Assembly (NCBI GenBank): GCA_964532995.1
Contig: CAZHJN010000001.1
Location: forward strand, 23,173 to 87,172
DNA from: an uncultured bacterium
GTDB taxonomy: Bacteria > Ratteibacteria > UBA8468 > B48-G9 > DTJG01
Direction of reading: 5' to 3'
DNA length: 64,000 nt
The position numbers and the translations under genes are program-made. The notes beneath the pieces are model-generated. The model had not been told where the DNA came from. It was given only the letters and a program-made list of their open reading frames with translations, and did no database searches. Position 1 is the stretch's first letter. Each line of letters begins with the position of its first letter. Shown here piece by piece: positions 1 to 10,214 of this stretch.

Positions 1-375
1 CAAAAGTTCGCCACCAGTATTTGACTCAATTGCCTTACGACTGCTCATTACACCTTTTGAAGTGCTCAATACAGAAATTCCAGAATCCTGTTTTTTTCTT
101 GAAATTTCTTCTGCTGATACATAAACTCTCTGTCCTGGTTTACTTATTCTCCGTATCTTCAGAATCACAGGTCTTTTCTTCAGGTATAAAAGATGAACAC
201 GGAGAATTTTTCTGCCTTCACTTTCAATAATCTCCCAATCCTTGATGTAATGCTCTTCTTTGAGCACATTTAAGATACTTTCCTTCAAACCCGACCACGG
301 TACATCTGTGTAAGGTTTAAAAACAAGATTGGCATTTTTCAATCTTACAATCATATCAGCAACAGAATCGGTCAT
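1..375 (-). CDS. rpsH: 30S ribosomal protein S8 (uS8), 3' end truncated by window start
   Basis: Minus-strand translation from ATG at 375 gives MTDSVADMIVRLKNANLVFKPYTDVPWSGL..., which matches the uS8 N-terminus. GGAGG sits 7 nt upstream. The position after rpsN is the canonical spc order. This ORF is not in the supplied ORF track because it runs off the window. Confidence 0.8.
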   Translation of the reverse strand, partial: MTDSVADMIVRLKNANLVFKPYTDVPWSGLKESILNVLKEEHYIKDWEIIESEGRKILRVHLLYLKKRPVILKIRRISKPGQRVYVSAEEISRKKQDSGISVLSTSKGVMSSRKAIESNTGGELL

Positions 376-386
376 AATCAGTCCTC

Positions 387-572
387 CTACCAGCTTGCTT
401 TGGTAACACCAGGAATCTCACCCTGAGATGCGAGCTGCCTGAAACAAACACGGCAAATACCAAACTTTCTGATGTAACCTCGTGGTCTGCCGCATCGCCA
501 GCAGCGGTTTCTCATTCTCACTTTAAACTTTGGTTCTTTCTTCATCTTCTCAAAAAAACATTTGCGCGCCAA
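387..572 (-). CDS. rpsN: 30S ribosomal protein S14 type Z (zinc-binding, 61 aa)
   Basis: The 61-aa product carries [22 protein letters not shown], i.e. CxxC...CxxC. It lies between rplE and rpsH. Confidence 0.9.
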   Translation of the reverse strand: MARKCFFEKMKKEPKFKVRMRNRCWRCGRPRGYIRKFGICRVCFRQLASQGEIPGVTKASW

Positions 573-574
573 TG

Positions 575-1123
575 TTAATCCTCCCTTATCGGCAATCCAA
601 TCAATTTCAAAAGTTCCCGTGCATGTTCAACCTTCTTAGCATTCGTACATATGGTAATGTTCATCCCGCGAACCTTATATATGGTGTTATAATCAATTTC
701 AGGAAAAATCACCTGTTCTTTAATTCCGATTGTATAGGATGACTGTCCATCAAATGAATCAGGACTCAAGCCATCAAAGTCTTTTACTCTTGGAAGAGCA
801 GCGGTTATCATTCTATCAAGAAACTCATACATCCTGTCGCCCCTCAATGTTACCATAACTCCACAGATATCTCCACGCCTGAGATTGAATGCAGAAATAG
901 ATTTTTTACCTCTGGTTATAACCGGTTTCTGTCCGGATATCAAAGCAATTTCCTTTTGAACAGACTCGATAGCTTTTGCATCCTTGTTATCCCTTCCAAC
1001 ACCAACATTTATGACAATTTTCTTGATTCTGGGAACCTGTAATATATTATTAAATCCAAACTTTTCCATCATTGTCGGAATAACCTTTTCTTTATAGAGT
1101 TTTTTCAATCTCGCTTCCATCAT
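575..1123 (-). CDS. rplE: 50S ribosomal protein L5
   Basis: Strong uL5 similarity ([26 protein letters not shown]...). The start was chosen at MMEARL, which gives an ATGA overlap with the rplX stop. The ORF track extends 8 codons further. Confidence 0.88.
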   Translation of the reverse strand: MMEARLKKLYKEKVIPTMMEKFGFNNILQVPRIKKIVINVGVGRDNKDAKAIESVQKEIALISGQKPVITRGKKSISAFNLRRGDICGVMVTLRGDRMYEFLDRMITAALPRVKDFDGLSPDSFDGQSSYTIGIKEQVIFPEIDYNTIYKVRGMNITICTNAKKVEHARELLKLIGLPIRED

Positions 1124-1443
1124 TTTGCCTCCACCAACTCGCCACATTTCTTGCAGAAACGCATTTTTGAACCATCATCCATCAGCTTTACACCCAGTCG
1201 GGTTTTCTTGCTGCATTTTAAACAGAAGTATTGAACATTACTGATAGAAATAGGTTTTTCCATGGTTACAATACCACCCTGCCTGTCAAGTTTTTTTGGC
1301 CTCGTTGCCTTCTTCACAAAATTAACTCCTTCAACAAGGAGCCTTCTGGCATCAGGAAAAACCCTGATAACACGTCCTTTTTTTCCGGCGTCCTTACCTT
1401 TGATTACAACAACAAAATCATCTTTTTTTATCAGGCAACCCAT
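1120..1443 (-). CDS. rplX: 50S ribosomal protein L24 (KOW) with C-terminal Cys4 zinc-ribbon-like variant
   Basis: GCLIKKDDFVVVIKGKDAGKKGRVIRV is the KOW motif. The C-terminus carries FCLKCSKK...RFCKKCGE. The start was chosen at MGCLIKK, which leaves a 1-nt gap after rplN. Confidence 0.85.
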   Translation of the reverse strand: MGCLIKKDDFVVVIKGKDAGKKGRVIRVFPDARRLLVEGVNFVKKATRPKKLDRQGGIVTMEKPISISNVQYFCLKCSKKTRLGVKLMDDGSKMRFCKKCGELVEAK

Positions 1444-1444
1444 A

Positions 1445-1813
1445 TCACAGTACCTCCGGAGCCAGTGAAACAATTTTCATAAATTTAGCATCACGTAATT
1501 CCCTTGGAACCGGACCAAAAACCCTTGTCCCCCTTGGGTTAAGATCATCATCTATTATTACCGCACAATTATGATCAAATCTTAGATATGAACCATCAGG
1601 TCTTCTGATTGAAGATTTTGTCCTCACCACAACGGCTTTAACAACCTGTTTTTTCTTTACTATCCCATCTGGCAGGGCATCCTTAACATTTGCTCGTATT
1701 ATATCGCCCACCCTTGCATATCTTCGCCTGGAATGCCCAAGGACTCCTATGATGCTTATCTTTCTTGCGCCTGTATTATCCGCCACTTCAAGAATTGTTC
1801 TCAACTGCACCAT
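1445..1813 (-). CDS. rplN: 50S ribosomal protein L14
   Basis: [24 protein letters not shown]... is a typical uL14 sequence. Confidence 0.93.
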   Translation of the reverse strand: MVQLRTILEVADNTGARKISIIGVLGHSRRRYARVGDIIRANVKDALPDGIVKKKQVVKAVVVRTKSSIRRPDGSYLRFDHNCAVIIDDDLNPRGTRVFGPVPRELRDAKFMKIVSLAPEVL

Positions 1814-2090
1814 TTGTTACTCCTTCACTTTTTGATACATCTTTCTTCAATATCTCAATTACTTTCCATCGTTTCAGCTTACTCAATGGTCGGCATTGTC
1901 TGATGATTACAATGTCTCCACTTTTACTTATGTTAGATTCATCATGCGCATAGAATTTTTTCCTTTTCCTGATAACTTTCATATATGCCGGATGCCTGGA
2001 GAGCGTCTCCACAAGAATCACACGTGTTTTTTCCATCCTGTCACCAACTACTAAGCCTTTCTTTTCAACCTTTTTTTTCTGATGAATCAT
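1788..2090 (-). CDS. rpsQ: 30S ribosomal protein S17 with K/E-rich C-terminal extension
   Basis: The uS17 core ([20 protein letters not shown]) is present. The C-terminal tail overlaps the rplN start by 26 nt. Confidence 0.85.
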   Translation of the reverse strand: MIHQKKKVEKKGLVVGDRMEKTRVILVETLSRHPAYMKVIRKRKKFYAHDESNISKSGDIVIIRQCRPLSKLKRWKVIEILKKDVSKSEGVTNGAVENNS

Positions 2091-2313
2091 TTGTAGTACC
2101 TCTTTGATTATTTTTACTGCTTCTTTTTTGTTGTATCAATGTATTTATCTGAGAAATATCCTTTCTAAGGTTTCGCAAAACACGAACATTTTTTATCTGT
2201 CCAAGCCGTATCTGAATTCTCTGGTCAAAAAGACGCCTGGCTATATCAGCTCTTTTCTGTTCAAGCTCCTGAACTGTTAAATCTTTCAATTCATCAAATT
2301 CGTTCTTTTTCAT
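2065..2313 (-). CDS. rpmC: 50S ribosomal protein L29 with C-terminal extension
   Basis: [31 protein letters not shown] is the uL29 motif. The extended tail overlaps rpsQ by 26 nt. Confidence 0.85.
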   Translation of the reverse strand: MKKNEFDELKDLTVQELEQKRADIARRLFDQRIQIRLGQIKNVRVLRNLRKDISQINTLIQQKRSSKNNQRGTTNDSSEKKG

Positions 2314-2726
2314 AGCATTTCCCGTTTTATGATTTTTGTTGCGACCGGAAGTTTATATGAAGCCAATCTTAATGCCTCCACAGCAACATCCGGTTCAACA
2401 CCAGCTATCTCAAAAACTATTTGACCTGGAAGTACAATTGCTTCCCAGCCAGCAACATCACCCTTGCCTTTCCCCATTCTGGTTTCTGCTGGCTTTTTGG
2501 TAAAAGGTCTATCAGGAAAAATCCTTATCCAGAGCTTACCTTTTGATTTTAAATGATGCGTAATTGCAATTCTTGCTGCTTCTATCTGGTTATTCTTCAG
2601 TCGACCGGGCTGAAGAATCTGCAGTCCAAAATCTCCAAAATAGATAGTTGATCCACGAACTGCTTTGCCCTTAGTTCGACCCTTCTGAACTTTTCTGTAC
2701 TTTACCCTTTTTGGCATTAATGGCAT
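2310..2726 (-). CDS. rplP: 50S ribosomal protein L16
   Basis: [32 protein letters not shown] is typical of uL16. The start could be M1 or M4. Confidence 0.92.
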   Translation of the reverse strand: MPLMPKRVKYRKVQKGRTKGKAVRGSTIYFGDFGLQILQPGRLKNNQIEAARIAITHHLKSKGKLWIRIFPDRPFTKKPAETRMGKGKGDVAGWEAIVLPGQIVFEIAGVEPDVAVEALRLASYKLPVATKIIKREML

Positions 2727-3450
2727 TTCTGCGACTCCTTGTATTCAACGTTTCTTCAGCAGGATGAGATACTTCTATATTAGCCTGTTCAGCTGTCTGC
2801 TTTTTCAATACCTGTTTCTCTTTATCGAAAACTTCACCAAGAAAAATCCAGACCTTCACTCCGATGCAACCAAACTTGGTTATGGCTGTTGATGTTGCAT
2901 AGCTTATTTTTGCTCGAAGAGTATGAAGCGGAACCTTGCCCTTCATATAAAGTTCAGACCTTGAAATTTCTGCTCCACCGAGTCTTCCACCAACCCTGAC
3001 TTTGATCCCGAGTGCACCAGACTGCAAACTCAGCGCCATAGCCTTTTTTACAGCTATTCTGTGTGGCACCCTGCGTTCAAGTTGCATTGCGATGCTGTCG
3101 GCCATAAATTGAGCATCCTGGCCCGGATTTTTTATTCCATTAACATCTATGGTTACCTGTTTTTTTATTCTGTTGTAAACCTCGTCTCTTACTGCGTTTA
3201 TCTCTGCGCCCTTGCGTCCAAGAACCACACCAGGTCTTGGACTGTAAAGGTTGATTTTCACCTTTTCAGCAATTTTTTCAATGTCCACTCTTGTAATTGA
3301 ACCCCGTGGAAACCTGCCAAAAAGATATTTTCTTATTTCAACATCTTCTCTGAGAAAATCTTTAAAGTTTCTGTCATTTGCAAACCAGAAAGATCTCCAT
3401 TTTTCAGTTATACCAAGCCTAAGACCTATTGGATTTACCTTTTGTCCCAT
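2671..3450 (-). CDS. rpsC: 30S ribosomal protein S3 with Lys-rich C-terminal tail
   Basis: [25 protein letters not shown] is the KH-domain uS3 start. The tail overlaps the rplP start. Confidence 0.92.
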   Translation of the reverse strand: MGQKVNPIGLRLGITEKWRSFWFANDRNFKDFLREDVEIRKYLFGRFPRGSITRVDIEKIAEKVKINLYSPRPGVVLGRKGAEINAVRDEVYNRIKKQVTIDVNGIKNPGQDAQFMADSIAMQLERRVPHRIAVKKAMALSLQSGALGIKVRVGGRLGGAEISRSELYMKGKVPLHTLRAKISYATSTAITKFGCIGVKVWIFLGEVFDKEKQVLKKQTAEQANIEVSHPAEETLNTRSRRNAINAKKGKVQKSSEGSN

Positions 3451-3808
3451 ATTTGTTCCCTTTAACTATTTTGGTTTCTTGAATGTCCTCCAGCACAACT
3501 GTAATATGAGATAGTTTCTTCATAATCATAACGGCTCTCCCCATAGGCGCAGAACGCAATCTTTTCATCTTCGGTCCTTCATCCACAAGGAGATTCTTGA
3601 CATACCAGTTTTTCTGATCAGGGTTTTTCTGTTCCGCGTTGCTAAGGGCGGATTTAATAAGTTTTTTCACAATTAATGAACCCCCATGAGGTGTGTAATC
3701 AAGTAATTTGATTGCGGATTGTGCCTCTTTACCCACCACAATCGGTCTCAGATACCTTACCTTTCTCGGTCCTATTCTGGCAAATCTGGTTTTTGCAATA
3801 ACTAACAT
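3419..3808 (-). CDS. rplV: 50S ribosomal protein L22
   Basis: uL22-like sequence. A TGATG stop/start overlap with rpsS sits at 3806-3810. Confidence 0.88.
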   Translation of the reverse strand: MLVIAKTRFARIGPRKVRYLRPIVVGKEAQSAIKLLDYTPHGGSLIVKKLIKSALSNAEQKNPDQKNWYVKNLLVDEGPKMKRLRSAPMGRAVMIMKKLSHITVVLEDIQETKIVKGNKYGTKGKSNRS

Positions 3809-4089
3809 CAGGTCTTCTCCGTTGTTCTTTCTGTATGGGCACCATGCCCACGGAAAATTCTTGTTGGTGCGAATTCTCCAAGTTTGTGCCCAACCATGTT
3901 TTCTGTAATATAAACATTAACAAATGTTTTTCCATTATGAACTGCAAATGTATAACCAACAAACTCCGGAATAATTGTTGAACGTCTCGACCACGTTTTA
4001 ATGGGTTCCTTCTTTCCTGCTGCTTTAATCTTTTCCATTTTCCTGGTCAATTTTAAATCAACAAACGGCCCTTTTTTTAGTGATCTCAT
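3808..4089 (-). CDS. rpsS: 30S ribosomal protein S19
   Basis: [14 protein letters not shown]...[16 protein letters not shown] matches uS19. The start was chosen at MRSLKKGPF. The ORF track's 51-codon N-terminal extension runs into rplB and is spurious. Confidence 0.88.
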   Translation of the reverse strand: MRSLKKGPFVDLKLTRKMEKIKAAGKKEPIKTWSRRSTIIPEFVGYTFAVHNGKTFVNVYITENMVGHKLGEFAPTRIFRGHGAHTERTTEKT

Positions 4090-4099
4090 AGAGATACTC

Positions 4100-4918
4100 C
4101 TATTTCTTTCTTCTCTGCGCAATGAACTTGTTTGAATACCTATCAGGATTACGGGTCTTATATCCCTTTGTCGGCTTACCCCACGGAGTCTGAGAAATAT
4201 TTCCCTTACCCCTGCCTTCACCACCACCATGAGGATGATCAACAGGATTCATAGCAATTCCTCTCACTGTCGGTCTTATTCCGAGCCAACGAGTCCTTCC
4301 TGCCTTACCAAGTGAAACATACTTATGTTCAGGATTACTGACTCTGCCAACTGTGGCTGTGCAATCAAGAGGAATAAGTCTCACTTCTCCTGAAGAAAGC
4401 TTCACAGAAGCAAACTTCTCTCCTTTAGTAACTAAAATGGCAGAGCAACCTGCTGCCCTAACAAGCTGTCCACCCTTGCCGGGTTGAATCTCAATATTAT
4501 AAATCTCAGAACCTTCTGGAATTTTTGCCAGAGGAAGAATATTACCCGGTGAAATAAAGGCTGATTCACCACAAAGAATCCGCGCACCCACCTTCAAATC
4601 AGCGGGTGCAATTATATAAGCCCTTCTTCCATCAACATACTGAATCAAAGCAATATGTGCTGTTCTGTTGGGATCATACTCAATACTCAGAACCCTTGCA
4701 TCAACGGGTCTGCCTTTAAAACTGATTATCCTGTAAAGTTTTTTATGTCCGCCACCCCTGTGACGCACGGTTATCCTTCCAGTATTATTTCTTCCACCTT
4801 TTTTTCTCTTTCCAAAAACAAGCCTCTTATCAGGCTCATGCTTCGTTATTTCCTTAAAATCAGGAAGTATCGCATACCTTTGACTGTTTGTGACTGGCTT
4901 AATCTTACGTAATGGCAA
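4100..4918 (-). CDS. rplB: 50S ribosomal protein L2
   Basis: 272-aa uL2 ([22 protein letters not shown]..., HPHGGGEG). Confidence 0.95.
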   Translation of the reverse strand: MPLRKIKPVTNSQRYAILPDFKEITKHEPDKRLVFGKRKKGGRNNTGRITVRHRGGGHKKLYRIISFKGRPVDARVLSIEYDPNRTAHIALIQYVDGRRAYIIAPADLKVGARILCGESAFISPGNILPLAKIPEGSEIYNIEIQPGKGGQLVRAAGCSAILVTKGEKFASVKLSSGEVRLIPLDCTATVGRVSNPEHKYVSLGKAGRTRWLGIRPTVRGIAMNPVDHPHGGGEGRGKGNISQTPWGKPTKGYKTRNPDRYSNKFIAQRRKK

Positions 4919-5186
4919 TTTTTTCTCCTTCTTTCAATGTTATAATCGCCTTTTTATAAGAGGATTTATATCCTTCCCTGGATAATCTGTATCTTCTTTT
5001 TTTTGCCGGCATTTTGATAACCGCCACACATACCACACTGACTCTGTAAAGTTGTTCAACAGCCATTTTAATCTGGGTTTTCTTCGCTTTTTTGTCCACA
5101 ACAAAAATATATTTGTTCTGGCTTCCCAGCGTGGTCGCCTTTTCTGTCACAAGTGGATATTTTATTATACTGTAAGGATTAAACAT
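4905..5186 (-). CDS. rplW: 50S ribosomal protein L23
   Basis: The 93-aa uL23-like product sits between rplD and rplB. Confidence 0.88.
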   Translation of the reverse strand: MFNPYSIIKYPLVTEKATTLGSQNKYIFVVDKKAKKTQIKMAVEQLYRVSVVCVAVIKMPAKKRRYRLSREGYKSSYKKAIITLKEGEKIAIT

Positions 5187-5829
5187 TCTCTTCTCCTGAA
5201 GAAAATTTCTTCAACAATGGCAAGGTTTCCATCTGAGCGACAATCTTATCATGAGTGAGTATCAGATAAGGGTTCATCTGTTCTGCATAACAATATGAAA
5301 GATTTTTAATATTTCTTATGCACCTGATAAATTTCTCCCTGTCATTGAAGTTTTTATCAAGAACCACAAGCAATTTATTTTTTTCTAATCCTGTCTTTTT
5401 CAAAAAATCTGAAAACAATTTTGTCCTGGAATTTACAATTCCATCTTTAACCTCAATGAGGATAAGTCCATCATCGGCTATAAGCGCTCGCAGTGTATCT
5501 CGTAAAGCAAGTCGTTTCATCTTTTCAGGAAGATGATAGCTGTAATCCCTGGGTTTTGGTTCAAAAACAACTCCTCCGTGGCGCCATATGGGCGACCGAA
5601 TTGAACCTATCCTTGCTCTACCTGTTCCTTTCTGCCTCCAGAGTTTTCTGCCTGAACCTGATACTTCAGCTCTTGTCTTTGCAGAAGATGTACCCTGTCT
5701 TTTATTTGCGAGAGTACTAACAACATATCTGTGTATGACATCAGTGTTCGGACTGACATCGTCCAGTTCAATAACTTCGCTTCTCAGTTTTTCACCATTC
5801 AAATTAAAAATCGGAATTTCCCTGTTCAT
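5179..5829 (-). CDS. rplD: 50S ribosomal protein L4
   Basis: SGSGRKLWRQKGTGRARIGSIRSPIWRHGGVVF is the uL4 motif. Confidence 0.93.
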   Translation of the reverse strand: MNREIPIFNLNGEKLRSEVIELDDVSPNTDVIHRYVVSTLANKRQGTSSAKTRAEVSGSGRKLWRQKGTGRARIGSIRSPIWRHGGVVFEPKPRDYSYHLPEKMKRLALRDTLRALIADDGLILIEVKDGIVNSRTKLFSDFLKKTGLEKNKLLVVLDKNFNDREKFIRCIRNIKNLSYCYAEQMNPYLILTHDKIVAQMETLPLLKKFSSGEENV

Positions 5830-6470
5830 TTTGCCCTCTGTTTCTTCACCGCGTGTCTCACAAAAACAAGGCTGTTGCCACTGCCGGGAACAGCACCCAC
5901 AACCAGCATAAGATTTTTTTCAGGCATAACCCTGTAGACAACTAAATTTTGCAATGTAACTCTTTCATTGCCCATATGCCCCGCCATTTTCCTTCCCTTA
6001 ATAACTCTCTGAGGATTGCCTCCTCCAATTGAACCTGGTTTTCTATGCTGCATGGAACCTCTGGTTGCAGGTCCTCCCTTAAAACCATGTCTCCTGACAA
6101 CACCCTGAAAACCCTTGCCTTTCGATGTTCCGATAACATCTATATAATCGCCCTCTTTAAAAATAGAAACATTCATTTCCTGTCCGATATTAAATTGCGC
6201 TGCGTCTGATTCTTCCATTCTAATTTCTCTCATATATTTCAAAGGTGGTAGTCCTGCTTTCTTACAGTGTCCTGCAATCGGTTTTGTGACTTTTTTTTCA
6301 TTAATGGATTGGTAACCAATCTGAATGCTTGAATAACCATCAGAATCCCTGGTTTTTTTCTGCGTTACAAAACAGGGACCAACCTCAAGTACTGTCACAG
6401 GAATAACTTTACCGTTTTCCTCAAAAACCTGTGTCATTCCCAGTTTTCTTCCAATCAATCCCATTCGCAT
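5826..6470 (-). CDS. rplC: 50S ribosomal protein L3
   Basis: MRMGLIGRKLGMTQVF...GKGFQGVVRRHGF is typical uL3. Confidence 0.94.
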   Translation of the reverse strand: MRMGLIGRKLGMTQVFEENGKVIPVTVLEVGPCFVTQKKTRDSDGYSSIQIGYQSINEKKVTKPIAGHCKKAGLPPLKYMREIRMEESDAAQFNIGQEMNVSIFKEGDYIDVIGTSKGKGFQGVVRRHGFKGGPATRGSMQHRKPGSIGGGNPQRVIKGRKMAGHMGNERVTLQNLVVYRVMPEKNLMLVVGAVPGSGNSLVFVRHAVKKQRAK

Positions 6471-6473
6471 AAA

Positions 6474-6770
6474 TTACTCCAGTTTCATTTCAACTTCAAC
6501 ACCAGAAGGTAGATTCAAACGACTTAAAGCATCCACAGTTCTTGTGGTGGGTTCAAGTATATCAATAATCCTTTTGTGGGTACAAAGCTGAAACTGCTCA
6601 CGACTTTTCTTGTTCACATGCGGAGATCTTAAAACTGTATAAACCTGCTTTTTAGTCGGTAAAGGAATCGGTCCAACTATTCTTACACCCGTGCTCTTGA
6701 CTATATCTGTGATTTGTTTTACAGATTCATCAAGAACCCTGTGATCAAAACTTCTCAGTTTAATTCTCAT
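6474..6770 (-). CDS. rpsJ: 30S ribosomal protein S10
   Basis: MRIKLRSFDHRVLDESVKQI... The start was chosen at MRIKL; the ORF track extends 5 codons upstream. Confidence 0.92.
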   Translation of the reverse strand: MRIKLRSFDHRVLDESVKQITDIVKSTGVRIVGPIPLPTKKQVYTVLRSPHVNKKSREQFQLCTHKRIIDILEPTTRTVDALSRLNLPSGVEVEMKLE

Positions 6771-6781
6771 TCTCTTCCTTT

Positions 6782-8020
6782 CCATAGTTTATATCCTCAA
6801 GATATAATCTCAGTAATTGCTCCAGAACCAACTGTTCTTCCACCTTCCCTTATCGCAAACCTCAACCCTTTCTCCATCGCCACTGGCATTATCAATTCTG
6901 CCTCCATCTCTATATTATCCCCGGGCATAACCATCTCTACACCTTCAGGCAACTTTATCGTACCGGTTACATCTGTCGTCCTGAAGAAAAATTGCGGCCT
7001 GTATCCAGTGAAAAATGGAGTGTGTCTTCCTCCCTCTTCTTTCTTCAATACATATACCTGCGCCTTGAATTTTTTATGAGGGGTGATACTGCCTGGCGCC
7101 GCTATTACCATACCTCTCTCTATCCCTTCCTTCTCAATCCCTCTCAATAACAACCCAACATTGTCTCCAGCTACAGCTTCATCAAGTATCTTCCTGAACA
7201 TCTCAACACTGGTAACAACTGTCTTGGGCATCTCTTCCCTTAATCCTATAATCTCTACCTCTTCCCCAGACTTTATCTTTCCTCTCTCCACCCTTCCTGT
7301 CGCCACTGTACCTCTTCCTGTTATCGAAAATACATCTTCAACCGCTAACAAAAATGGCTGGTCCACAAGCCTCACAGGCTCAGGTATGTAACTGTCAACT
7401 GCATCCATCAACTGCCATATCGGTCCGCATTTCTCACATTCCCTCTTACCACATCCACAACTCAATGCCTCCAATGCTGACCCCTTTATTATCGGTATCT
7501 CGTCTCCAGGAAATTCATACTTGCTCAATAACTCCCTCACCTCTAACTCCACCAGCTCTATCAATTCTTTATCCGCCAGCATATCCATCTTATTCAAAAA
7601 TACAACTATCGCAGGTACACCCACCTGCCTGGCTAACAGTATGTGTTCCCTCGTCTGCGGCATCGGACCATCAGGCGCACTCACCACCAGTATCGATCCA
7701 TCCATCTGCGCAGCACCGGTTATCATGTTCTTTATATAATCAGCATGCCCGGGACAGTCTATGTGCGCATAATGCCGCTTCTCAGTCTCATATTCTATAT
7801 GCGCTATCTGTATCGTTAATCCCCTCTCCTTCTCCTCCGGCGCTTTGTCTATGTCTTCATACTTCAAATGCTGCGCCTTCCCCGCCTTCGATAATACCAA
7901 CGTTATAGCACTGCTCAATGTCGTCTTCCCATGATCTACATGTCCTATCGTTCCTATGTTTACATGTGGCTTGCTCCTTACAAATTTCTCCTTTGCCATT
8001 GCCTTACCCCCTGGTTACAG
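6782..8020. repeat. 1239-bp direct repeat unit A (tuf plus 21 nt of 5'UTR and 15 nt of 3' flank); matches unit B at a +15374 offset
   Basis: All visually compared segments are identical. The encoded proteins are identical, and so are the antisense ORF translations at 7354..7908 and 22728..23282. Confidence 0.85.
6797..7999 (-). CDS. tuf: Elongation factor Tu, copy 1 (str-operon copy)
   Basis: The 400-aa product has the [17 protein letters not shown] and NKMD motifs. It sits downstream of fusA. A Cys4 insertion lies at aa 181-191. Confidence 0.97.
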   Translation of the reverse strand: MAKEKFVRSKPHVNIGTIGHVDHGKTTLSSAITLVLSKAGKAQHLKYEDIDKAPEEKERGLTIQIAHIEYETEKRHYAHIDCPGHADYIKNMITGAAQMDGSILVVSAPDGPMPQTREHILLARQVGVPAIVVFLNKMDMLADKELIELVELEVRELLSKYEFPGDEIPIIKGSALEALSCGCGKRECEKCGPIWQLMDAVDSYIPEPVRLVDQPFLLAVEDVFSITGRGTVATGRVERGKIKSGEEVEIIGLREEMPKTVVTSVEMFRKILDEAVAGDNVGLLLRGIEKEGIERGMVIAAPGSITPHKKFKAQVYVLKKEEGGRHTPFFTGYRPQFFFRTTDVTGTIKLPEGVEMVMPGDNIEMEAELIMPVAMEKGLRFAIREGGRTVGSGAITEIIS

Positions 8021-10075
8021 GATTTCGCCTATTTTTTTCAACTGCTCATCTGAAATTTTTTGATAAAAACAGGGTTCTATTATATAACTTGCTCGCCCCT
8101 GTGTCAAGGACCTTATCACAGTCGGATAATCAAACATGGTGCGAAGGGGAACAAAACCTTTGATAATCTTATATATTCCATCATCACTCATTTCTTCAAT
8201 CTTACCACTTCGCATACCAAGATCCGCAATAATTTCTCCTATGTATTCCTGAGGTGTGGTCACCTCAATTTTCATAATGGGCTCAAGTAGAACAGGGCTT
8301 GCTTTTACGTAAGCATCTTTGAAAGCCATTGAGGCAGCTATCTTGAATGCTATATCATTTGAATCAACAGGATGAAAGGAGCCATCAATAAGCACAGCCT
8401 CCACATCAATTACCGGATATCCCTTCAAAGGACCAACCTCCATTGCCTCAATAATACCTTCTTCTATAGATGGTATAAATTGCGACGGAATTACTTCGCC
8501 TTTAAGGACACTGCTAAATCTGAAATTTGTACCTTGCGGTGCAGGTTTCAGTTCAAGAACAACATGTCCATAGTGTCCTTTTCCACCGCTTTGTTTTATA
8601 AACTTGCCTTCTCCTGTTGCCGATTGTGTGATGGTTTCCTTGTAAGCAACCTCCGGTTTTCCAAGTCGCACCTCAAGATTATTCTGTCTCTTCATTTTCT
8701 CGATGAGAACTTCAATATGCAACTGCCCCATTCCGGAAACAATTGTTTCTCCTGTTTCAGGATCCACCTTCAATCTAAAGGTCGGATCTTCCTCAGCCAT
8801 TTTTGCAAGAACCTGAAAAACCTTTTCCGCCTCTGCTTTGGTTTTTGGCTCAACCTTCATTTTCAGTACGGGTTCTGGAAATTTCATTTTTTCAAGAATT
8901 ATGGGAGCATCAGCTGAACCAAGTGTATCTCCTGTAAATGTTTCTTTAAGCCCAACAATTGCCACAATATCACCCGCAGCAGCCTTCTGAATTTCCTGGA
9001 ATCTGTTTGCATGGACTTCAAGTATTTTGAGTATTCTTTCCTTTCTTCTGCGTGTCCAGTTTGTAATTCTCATTCCAGGTGTAATTTCTCCAGAATAAAC
9101 TCTTGCATAAATGAGCCGACCAAAATATATGCCATTAACCACTTTAAAAGCAAGAACACATACTTTTTCATCAGCACCGGGTTTTCTGGCTATAATTTCG
9201 CCGGTTTCCGGATTTTCTCCAAAAATATCTCCTCTGTCAAAAGGGGAAGGTAAGTAATCAACTATTGCATCAAGAAGAAGTTTTGTGCCTTTGTTCCTTA
9301 AAGAAGCGCCGCAAAATACCGGATACAATCTTCTTGAAAGCACGCATTTTCTTATAGCAGAACGAATCAGTTCTGGTTCAATCTCAGTATCATGAAGATA
9401 CATATGCATAATCTCTTCATTGTTCTCCGCAACCCTTTCAAGTAGATGGTTTCTTGCATGAGAAACCTGTCGCCTCATATCATCAGGAACCTGCTCAAAG
9501 ATTGCATCATTTTCAGATTCAGATGGATAAAGAATCATTTGATTTTCTATCAGGTCAATTATTCCTTTAAAACCGGATTCTGTACCCACAGGAAGTTGAA
9601 GAACAAGACAGTGAACATTCAATTTGTTCTCAATCTGTGAAACAACACGGCTAAAATCCGCACCAATTCTATCAAGCTTGTTGATATAAATTATCTTGGG
9701 TATCCCGTACTTTTCACTCTGTCTCCATACCGTTTCTGACTGAGGCTGAACCCCTCCAACCGCGCAAAAAATACCAATGGCTCCATCAAGAACTCTCAGA
9801 GAGCGCTCAACCTCTGCGGTAAAATCAACATGCCCGGGGGTATCAATAATATTAATCCTGTGCCCTTTCCAGTAACAGGTGGTGGATGCTGATGTTATGG
9901 TTATACCCCGCTCTCTTTCCTGATCCATCCAGTCCATCGTTGTGGTTCCATCATCAACATCGCCAATGCGATTTATCCTGCCAGAATAATAGAGGAGTCT
10001 TTCTGTGGTTGTAGTCTTTCCAGCATCAATATGGGCAATGATCCCGATATTTCTCACATTATCAATATTCATCAT
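8015..10075 (-). CDS. fusA: Elongation factor G
   Basis: NIGIIAHIDAGKTTTTERLLYY... The start was chosen at the MMNIDN pair, with AAGGA 11 nt upstream. The ORF track start at 10120 adds 15 codons. Confidence 0.93.
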   Translation of the reverse strand: MMNIDNVRNIGIIAHIDAGKTTTTERLLYYSGRINRIGDVDDGTTTMDWMDQERERGITITSASTTCYWKGHRINIIDTPGHVDFTAEVERSLRVLDGAIGIFCAVGGVQPQSETVWRQSEKYGIPKIIYINKLDRIGADFSRVVSQIENKLNVHCLVLQLPVGTESGFKGIIDLIENQMILYPSESENDAIFEQVPDDMRRQVSHARNHLLERVAENNEEIMHMYLHDTEIEPELIRSAIRKCVLSRRLYPVFCGASLRNKGTKLLLDAIVDYLPSPFDRGDIFGENPETGEIIARKPGADEKVCVLAFKVVNGIYFGRLIYARVYSGEITPGMRITNWTRRRKERILKILEVHANRFQEIQKAAAGDIVAIVGLKETFTGDTLGSADAPIILEKMKFPEPVLKMKVEPKTKAEAEKVFQVLAKMAEEDPTFRLKVDPETGETIVSGMGQLHIEVLIEKMKRQNNLEVRLGKPEVAYKETITQSATGEGKFIKQSGGKGHYGHVVLELKPAPQGTNFRFSSVLKGEVIPSQFIPSIEEGIIEAMEVGPLKGYPVIDVEAVLIDGSFHPVDSNDIAFKIAASMAFKDAYVKASPVLLEPIMKIEVTTPQEYIGEIIADLGMRSGKIEEMSDDGIYKIIKGFVPLRTMFDYPTVIRSLTQGRASYIIEPCFYQKISDEQLKKIGEIL

Positions 10076-10214
10076 CTGAGAACAGTCCTTGCTTTTTCTT
10101 GATAAAACTTTTGTCGTCATATTTTTTATTTTCCCTGGATAAAATTTTCATCCTCCGTTAAACCACAATATATTCTTTAAAAAATATAAAAGATGCAAAC
10201 AGAAATTCAGGAAA

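Noticed and set aside
21-230. 69-aa plus-strand ORF at the window start
   Set aside because: It lies antisense within the rpsH coding region.
7354-7908. A 184-aa plus-strand ORF antisense to tuf, reproduced identically at 22728..23282, plus other antisense ORFs inside tuf
   Set aside because: These are antisense reading frames through a pyrimidine-rich, highly constrained gene. They are low complexity (P/S-rich). The duplication is only a consequence of the tuf repeat.
8372-8917. 181-aa plus-strand ORF antisense to fusA
   Set aside because: It is a Cys/Phe-rich junk translation with no motifs, lying fully inside a well-supported essential gene.
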